DNA from: a virus | Virus record (IMG/VR): IMGVR_UViG_3300032053_000050 | Coordinates: 7,803-71,802 of that record | Direction: 5' to 3' (one strand) | Length of the DNA stretch: 64,000 bases | Part shown: one piece after another, positions 58,131-64,000 of the stretch | How the letters are laid out: each line of letters opens with the position of its first letter | How positions within the stretch are numbered: position 1 is the stretch's first letter | Program-made: the position numbers and the translations under genes | Notes under the pieces: generated by a model | The model's input: only the letters and a program-made list of their open reading frames with translations | Databases searched by the model: none | Told to the model about the DNA's origin: nothing

Positions 58131-60590
58131 ATGTCTAAAATAGCATTAGATTTAAGCCAGTTCCGCTCAGCAGGAGTATATACAGTTGAAATTGATAATT
58201 CTGAACGTATAACAGTAACGACTCAATCATTAAGATTAGTTCCGGGATTTTCTGCTCAAGGACCTTTTAATACTCCAGTATTTGTAAGATCTACAAGAGA
58301 TCGTGATAAATTCTTTGGAACTATTGATAAAAAACTTGAAAAAAGAGGTTCTTTTTTCCATAGAGCTATTGAAACATGTTTATTAACGGCACCAATTTTT
58401 GCTATTAATTTATTAAAAGTAAATGCTATTAATGTTTCAACAAATACTGATTTAGTAGATTGTATAGGTTTAGGATTAGATAGTAGTGTATATTCTGCTA
58501 CACAATATACAACTATAAATAATGATTTATACATTAATTTTTTTAATCGTGAAAGATTTTGGAAACCAGATCCTGATTATTTACAAGGAGTTATAACTAA
58601 TAAATATACTGCAAGTTCAACTCAAAGTGCACCATTATTTTCAATAGCAAACACAGGTACAAAAGATTTATCATTTATTGTTAGAAAAGCTATAGGTTTA
58701 TCACAATATAGTGTATATGCTGCAACTTGGTATGGTTCTGCAACTAATATTCCTTACGAATGGATTCGTCCATATGATTTAATGAAAGATTTTTTTATTC
58801 AAGTAATTGCTGTAGAAGGTGATTGGACAGGTTATTCTTCATTATCATCAGATCCATATTTTTCACAATATTTTAGTACAAATGGTATTAAGATTGAACA
58901 AGTTACCAACTTTATAAATCTACCTCAAGTTAATTTAATTGGTTCTTGGACAGGATGTATTATTCCTGATTTTAAAGATCAAACAGGTTCAGAACAATAT
59001 ATTGAAACTATTGTTAATGGTGCAACTGCATTAACTGGTATTTTAGTTAATATTAATAATGAAGCTCTTGATCAATTACAATGGAATGAAACTACAAATA
59101 ACTGGGCACTCGGTGATGGTACTGCTACTGCGCCATATTTAGTAGATTTAGTTGGACATAATTTAATTAATTCTACTGGTGCTAAAATATCCTTTTTAAG
59201 TTATGATGTTAGTATAATTGATGCAGTATTGCACATGGATATATCTGTTGCAGCATATCCAACAGGAGATACTACAAAAAAATCATTTTATGTTATTAAT
59301 TCATCATCAGGAACTTATACAAATATTAAAGTAGGAAGTTTAGTTAAAGCTGATTCTACAGTTGTTATTCCTGGTGTAACTTATGTAACTGGAAAAACAT
59401 ACGATGGTTCTGCATATATCATTACAACTGCTGAAGCAGCTGATACTACTAATAGTGCATTAAAAATACAAAAACCAATCGATGACCCTTCAGTATGTTC
59501 AGCTTATAAGTTTATTAAACTTGAAGGTTTAACAATTAATAATAAACATCTTCCTGGTTTTGATGAAAATGGTGCTCCAAATGCTGAAGAAGGTGTTAGC
59601 AAAATTTATGGAATGCTAGAGGATGAAGGTATTTTACGTGGTTTAACCAATCCTGACATGATACAATATCGTTATATTGTTGATACAATGGCTTATGGAC
59701 TTCAAGCTGAAATGGGAGGAAAGGCTTATTTATCAAGATTAGCTAAAGCTCGTGGAAAAACTACAGCCATTTTAAATGCTCCTGCTTTTTCACAATTTGG
59801 AACATCAATAAATCCATATTTCTGCGAAACATTTGTAAGTGGAGTAGATCCCATTCCTATTTTTAGTACGGAATTTATTGCGCAAGGTGGAAATCCAGAT
59901 ATGCCAAGATCTTTTAGATTTAGTCTTCCAAATGAAGAATCTGGATCTAAATATTGTGGAGTATTTGGTCCGTTTTTAAAATACAGCGAAAGTGGTAAAT
60001 TAATTTCAGTTCCACCCGCTGCAGATATAGCTAATGCATATGTTAAAAAATTCTTAGGTGGAAATCCATATGCTATTATAGCAAATAGAAATGGTATTCT
60101 TGCTAATCCAAATCTTGCTGGAGTAGAATATATGATTGATAAAACAGACAGAGATTATCTTGAGCCATTTGGTTTTAACTCTATTATTGAAAAACCAGCA
60201 ACTGGACAAATAATGATTTATGCTAATGCTACAGCATATCAAGATATTAAAAGTGATTTTAATAACTTACATGTTAGAGAATTACTTAATACAATAGAAT
60301 TGCAAGTTGATGAAGTATTACAAAGATATATTTTTGATTTTAATAATCCTATAACAAGATTAAATATTATTAATTCAATATCTCCAATTCTTGAAACAAT
60401 TAAAGATGCTGGAGCCCTTTCTAAATATGATATAGTAATGGATGAAAGTAATAATACACCAGATATTATAGCAGATGGATTTGGAATTATAGATATTAAT
60501 GTTTGGATAACAAGCGCTCTTAAAAAAATTGTTAATAGAATAACTGTTAATAAAACAACCGGAGTTGCTACAGGAGGATTTGCATATTAA
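58131..60590 (+). CDS. Contractile tail sheath protein
   Basis: SAGVYTVEID, GPFNTP, LHVRELL, VMDESNNTPDII. Confidence 0.9.
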   Translation: MSKIALDLSQFRSAGVYTVEIDNSERITVTTQSLRLVPGFSAQGPFNTPVFVRSTRDRDKFFGTIDKKLEKRGSFFHRAIETCLLTAPIFAINLLKVNAINVSTNTDLVDCIGLGLDSSVYSATQYTTINNDLYINFFNRERFWKPDPDYLQGVITNKYTASSTQSAPLFSIANTGTKDLSFIVRKAIGLSQYSVYAATWYGSATNIPYEWIRPYDLMKDFFIQVIAVEGDWTGYSSLSSDPYFSQYFSTNGIKIEQVTNFINLPQVNLIGSWTGCIIPDFKDQTGSEQYIETIVNGATALTGILVNINNEALDQLQWNETTNNWALGDGTATAPYLVDLVGHNLINSTGAKISFLSYDVSIIDAVLHMDISVAAYPTGDTTKKSFYVINSSSGTYTNIKVGSLVKADSTVVIPGVTYVTGKTYDGSAYIITTAEAADTTNSALKIQKPIDDPSVCSAYKFIKLEGLTINNKHLPGFDENGAPNAEEGVSKIYGMLEDEGILRGLTNPDMIQYRYIVDTMAYGLQAEMGGKAYLSRLAKARGKTTAILNAPAFSQFGTSINPYFCETFVSGVDPIPIFSTEFIAQGGNPDMPRSFRFSLPNEESGSKYCGVFGPFLKYSESGKLISVPPAADIANAYVKKFLGGNPYAIIANRNGILANPNLAGVEYMIDKTDRDYLEPFGFNSIIEKPATGQIMIYANATAYQDIKSDFNNLHVRELLNTIELQVDEVLQRYIFDFNNPITRLNIINSISPILETIKDAGALSKYDIVMDESNNTPDIIADGFGIIDINVWITSALKKIVNRITVNKTTGVATGGFAY

Positions 60591-60615
60591 AAATAAAAAA
60601 TAAAAAATAAACGAT

Positions 60616-61215
60616 ATGGCTGATAATTTTACATCACAAGGCTCATTTGGACTATCACACTTTAGAAATTCTAGAGCAGCTCAAGAATTATACGAACCAG
60701 TGTATTTAAATTTGTTTACAATACAAATTCAATTACCTGAAGCAATTGGTTTAGATACTGAAAATACTATGTTAGTATTAGAAAATGTTCAAACTATTGG
60801 TGGTTTAAAATCACACAAATTTCCAGCATCACCTGTAGCTCAAAATTATAAGTGGGCACAAAGAAGATTTGCAGGTGCTAAACCTTCTGAAACTACAATG
60901 GACTTAACTATAGATTTTGAAGTAAACGTAGATAGAACTCCAAGTGCTTATGTGCTTAAAACACTTCGTAAATGGTGTGATTTAGTATACGATCCACTTA
61001 CAGGTAGAACAGGAATTAAGGCTGATTATGCAGCAGATTGGATGTTGATTACAATGTATGATAGAGCTGCAAGACCATTTTGGCAATGGAAATGCTACAA
61101 TGTATTTCCTGGGTCAGCGTTACCTGAACCTGCATTATCTTATCAAAATGAGGAACTTTATAAAATAGCAGGATTTATGATATTAGTTGACATGTGGGAT
61201 GAAACTATAGTATAA
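60616..61215 (+). CDS. Tail tube protein
   Basis: Follows sheath; LRKWCDLVYDPLTG, W.CYNVFP. Confidence 0.8.
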   Translation: MADNFTSQGSFGLSHFRNSRAAQELYEPVYLNLFTIQIQLPEAIGLDTENTMLVLENVQTIGGLKSHKFPASPVAQNYKWAQRRFAGAKPSETTMDLTIDFEVNVDRTPSAYVLKTLRKWCDLVYDPLTGRTGIKADYAADWMLITMYDRAARPFWQWKCYNVFPGSALPEPALSYQNEELYKIAGFMILVDMWDETIV

Positions 61216-61234
61216 TTTTTAATTTATATCTTTA

Positions 61235-61267
61235 AAAGGGCTATCTAAAATAGCCCTTATTTTTTTA
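61235..61267 (+). terminator. Intrinsic terminator
   Basis: aagggctat-ctaaa-atagccctt followed by T-run. Confidence 0.85.
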
Positions 61268-61356
61268 TTTAAAACTTCACAGCCGTTATAAGATTTTATC
61301 TGTTCAGCAAGTATTACCACAAAGGGAGACCTGTGTTTTTCTCATTCCTAAAAACT

Positions 61357-62854
61357 ATGAGAGGCTATTTAAAATGCGTAGACAAAAACTATAACATTAT
61401 ATATCTTAAAAAAGACGATCCTTTAATTAAAGAAAGAAAGGTTACTTGGATATTAAAAAAATATATAACAGCAAAAGATATTAATGGAAAAACCATTATG
61501 GTATTTGATAATGATTTAAGATTAAAAACTGGAGAATTATTTCCAGCTACAACAAAACATATAATTAACTGCGATAAGCATGGAAGGCAACATATTGAGC
61601 AAGCAAAAATGATGAATGCTGTTAAAATTCCTGAAGAATATAAAATAAAATGCCCTGAATGTGCAAAATATTATTTAAGTGATAATTATAATCCATCTGA
61701 ATTAGATAAAACTAATTGTATCAAAGCATTAAAAAATATACATTTTTCATGTTCTAATCAACAAGTTCCTATGTATTTTAAAAGATATATGCCACAATTT
61801 TATAAAATAATAAATGATTTTACATTAGAAAACATTTTATTATCTTTTTCTAAAAAAATATATTTTGTAAAAAATGAAATATATGAAGTTCCAATATGTA
61901 ATTTAAATGGTTGTTTTGATAAAACAGAATTATCAACAGGGAATGGTTTTAATATGTATTGTGAAAAACATAAAAATTGTAATTATTCAAGTAAAAAAGA
62001 AAATGAAGTATATAATTTATATTTCTCAAAATTATTCAAAAGAAATACAAAAAAATTATAGAAAACTGGGACAAGAAATAGATATTTATCTTCCTGATTT
62101 AAAATTAGGAATAGAATTTAATGGATTATATTGGCATAGCGAAAAACAAAAAAATAAATCTTATCATTATGATAAATTAATATTTTTAAAAAACAAAAAC
62201 ATTAATTTAATTACTATATGGGAAGATGATTGGGTCTTTAAACAAGAAATAATTATTTCTATATTAAATAATGCTATGCATAACATTACTACAAAAATAG
62301 ATGCGAGAAAATGTAAAATATTGTTTGTTAATAATGTTGAAAAAATACAATTTTTAAATAATAATCATATTCAAGGAAATTGTTCTTCATCAATTAATAT
62401 AGGTTTATATTACAATAGTGAACTTTGCGCATTAATAACATTCGGAAAAATGCGATTTATAATGGGACAAAAAAATAATAAAGATAATGAATATGAATTA
62501 CTTCGTTTTTGTTCTAAGAAAAATTGTGTTGTTAGAGGAGGTGCGTCTAAATTATTTAAGATTTTTATTGATAAATATAATCCAAATAAAATTATATCTT
62601 ATTCTAATTTAGATATAGGCAATGGTGATTTGTATAAAACATTAGGATTTAAAAATTTAGGTTATACAAAAATAAATTACTGGTGGACAGATTATTCTAA
62701 AAGATTTCATAGAAGTGGATTTATGAAACATAAATTAGTAAAAGAAGGTTTTGATAAAAATAAAACAGAAGATGAAATAATGCATGAACGAGGTTTTGCT
62801 AAAATATATGGAAATGGAAATATTAAATGGGAATGGAATAAAATAGATATATAA
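61357..62854 (+). pseudogene. Hef-like homing endonuclease, frameshifted near 62015
   Basis: SSKKENEV | EIDIYLPDLKLGIEFNGLYWH, IWEDDW, NHIQG, YELLRFC, GGASKL. Confidence 0.75.
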
Positions 62855-62865
62855 AATAAAGATTT

Positions 62866-63291
62866 ATGAGAGCTAGATTTATATATGAAGCCATAAAACA
62901 CCTTAGCCCAAGATCTGTAGAAAGTATTTTAAAAACTAAACAAAAAATTATATCTAAGATATTGCCAAAAATGCAAGATGCTTATAATTTTATATCGAAA
63001 TCACCTATATGGGAGCCAATTGATAAATTACAAATAGAAGAAACTAAAATATTTTTTGATTTTAAATCAAAATTTAAAATGATTGATTTTAGAATAAATA
63101 GATTTATTTCCAAATATTCTTATAGATATTATAAATTTATTTATTATTTAGAAGAAAATAGATATGCATTAGCAGAAGAAAATTTATTAAAAAATGACGT
63201 TTTATTTGAACAACGTTTTTCATCTGTAACTGAATTTAAGAATATGTTTCATGAAGATAAATGGGGTAAAAAATTATTTAAAAGAAAATGA
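62866..63291 (+). CDS. Hypothetical (possible virion internal) protein with IYE-AIKHLSPR
   Basis: Late-type promoter upstream; shared motif. Confidence 0.55.
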   Translation: MRARFIYEAIKHLSPRSVESILKTKQKIISKILPKMQDAYNFISKSPIWEPIDKLQIEETKIFFDFKSKFKMIDFRINRFISKYSYRYYKFIYYLEENRYALAEENLLKNDVLFEQRFSSVTEFKNMFHEDKWGKKLFKRK

Positions 63292-63869
63292 GAGTTAGAT
63301 TTATAAATGAAGCACTTACCGAACCTACTGAAGGGTTAGATACTTTTATAGAATCTATGATAGATATTTATCCTAAATTAGAATCTTATAGAGATAGAAT
63401 AGAAGATTTTATCAATAAATCAGATTGTAAAAAAATTAGATTTGAACATTTTTATTCTGCTGCAGGATTTTCTTTATTTGATGGTGTAATTATAAACTCT
63501 GCGGTTTTACATCAATTTTCAGAAACTAAATTTTTATATGCTTTATTTCATGAAATTGCTCATCAGTATCAATATAAAAAATATGGTGAAAAAAAGATGT
63601 ATGAATTTTATATAGGTGAAGTTCCTATAGAAGAATTAGCTAAATTTATGCAATTAATTGAAAAAACTGCTGATAAATTTGCAATAGGAAAATTAAAACA
63701 ATTAGGATTTGGTTGGTCAGGAAAAGGAGTTTATGAAGATGTACCTTTATCTCATTTTATAAAATTTATTGCACAAATTAGAGAAAAAATTAAAACAGAA
63801 GGTATTACTGATTATAGAAATGTAAGCAAATTTATGTATAATTATATTAAAAATCATACAGGATTTTAA
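63288..63869 (+). CDS. Zincin-like metallopeptidase-domain protein
   Basis: FHEIAHQYQ (HExxH) and downstream E..AD. Confidence 0.65.
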   Translation: MRVRFINEALTEPTEGLDTFIESMIDIYPKLESYRDRIEDFINKSDCKKIRFEHFYSAAGFSLFDGVIINSAVLHQFSETKFLYALFHEIAHQYQYKKYGEKKMYEFYIGEVPIEELAKFMQLIEKTADKFAIGKLKQLGFGWSGKGVYEDVPLSHFIKFIAQIREKIKTEGITDYRNVSKFMYNYIKNHTGF

Positions 63870-64000
63870 TGAACTTAGTACCTAAAAATATTAATGAAGC
63901 GATAAAACATCTTTCTCCAAAATCTGAAGAGGAAATTCGATCTTCTTTTAAAAATCTTTCTCCTCAAGAAAAACTAGAAACTGGATCAGAAGAAGGACTT
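63869..64000 (+). CDS. Hypothetical protein, 3' truncated by window edge
   Basis: MNLVPKNINEAIKHLSPKSEEEI... Confidence 0.6.
   Translation, partial: MNLVPKNINEAIKHLSPKSEEEIRSSFKNLSPQEKLETGSEEGL

Noticed and set aside
4154-60242. Short minus-strand ORFs inside long plus-strand genes
   Set aside because: Antisense shadows without motifs; only the two GIY-YIG genes are credible on the minus strand
1-64000. Stop-codon reassignment
   Set aside because: Long genes are intact in code 11, TAA, TAG and TGA all end genes, and no suppressor tRNA is present

Overview
A 64-kb, very AT-rich segment of a large contractile-tailed (jumbo, T4-like module) bacteriophage. The host is most likely a Bacteroidota bacterium, judging from TAnnTTTG-type promoters, a PorP/SprF gene, a GEN..AA tmRNA tag and Bacteroidota-style secreted proteins. 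Nearly all genes are on the + strand. The window holds replication genes (clamp loader, 5'-3' nuclease), nucleotide and NAD metabolism genes (Nudix, PurA-like, Apt, dCMP deaminase, NadE, PncA, PncB), many GIY-YIG/NUMOD homing endonucleases and remnants, two large tRNA arrays (about 18.2-21.1 kb and 41.1-45.8 kb) and the start of the virion module (TerS, intein-split TerL, sheath, tube). The main discovery is a non-coding RNA system around a Ro60/TROVE gene. Six dispersed RNAs share one covarying bulged stem (UG-UAGUAA...GAGU-UAC[U/A]UCG / ACUC...AUUUCU-CA) joined to different modules: minimal loops, a YrlA-type permuted tRNA, a roughly 265-nt multi-helix RNA, and a circularly permuted copy with a free CCA-ending acceptor stem. 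Other notable features are a circularly permuted two-piece tmRNA, a roughly 620-nt ornate RNA with an embedded tRNA-like module, a tRNA-Asn interrupted in its anticodon, an OmpR-family regulator with candidate 11-bp-periodic TTAAC boxes at fixed promoter distance, boxA and attenuator-like control of the RNA arrays, and an atypically split intein. All calls come from reading the sequence by eye; no database search was run.
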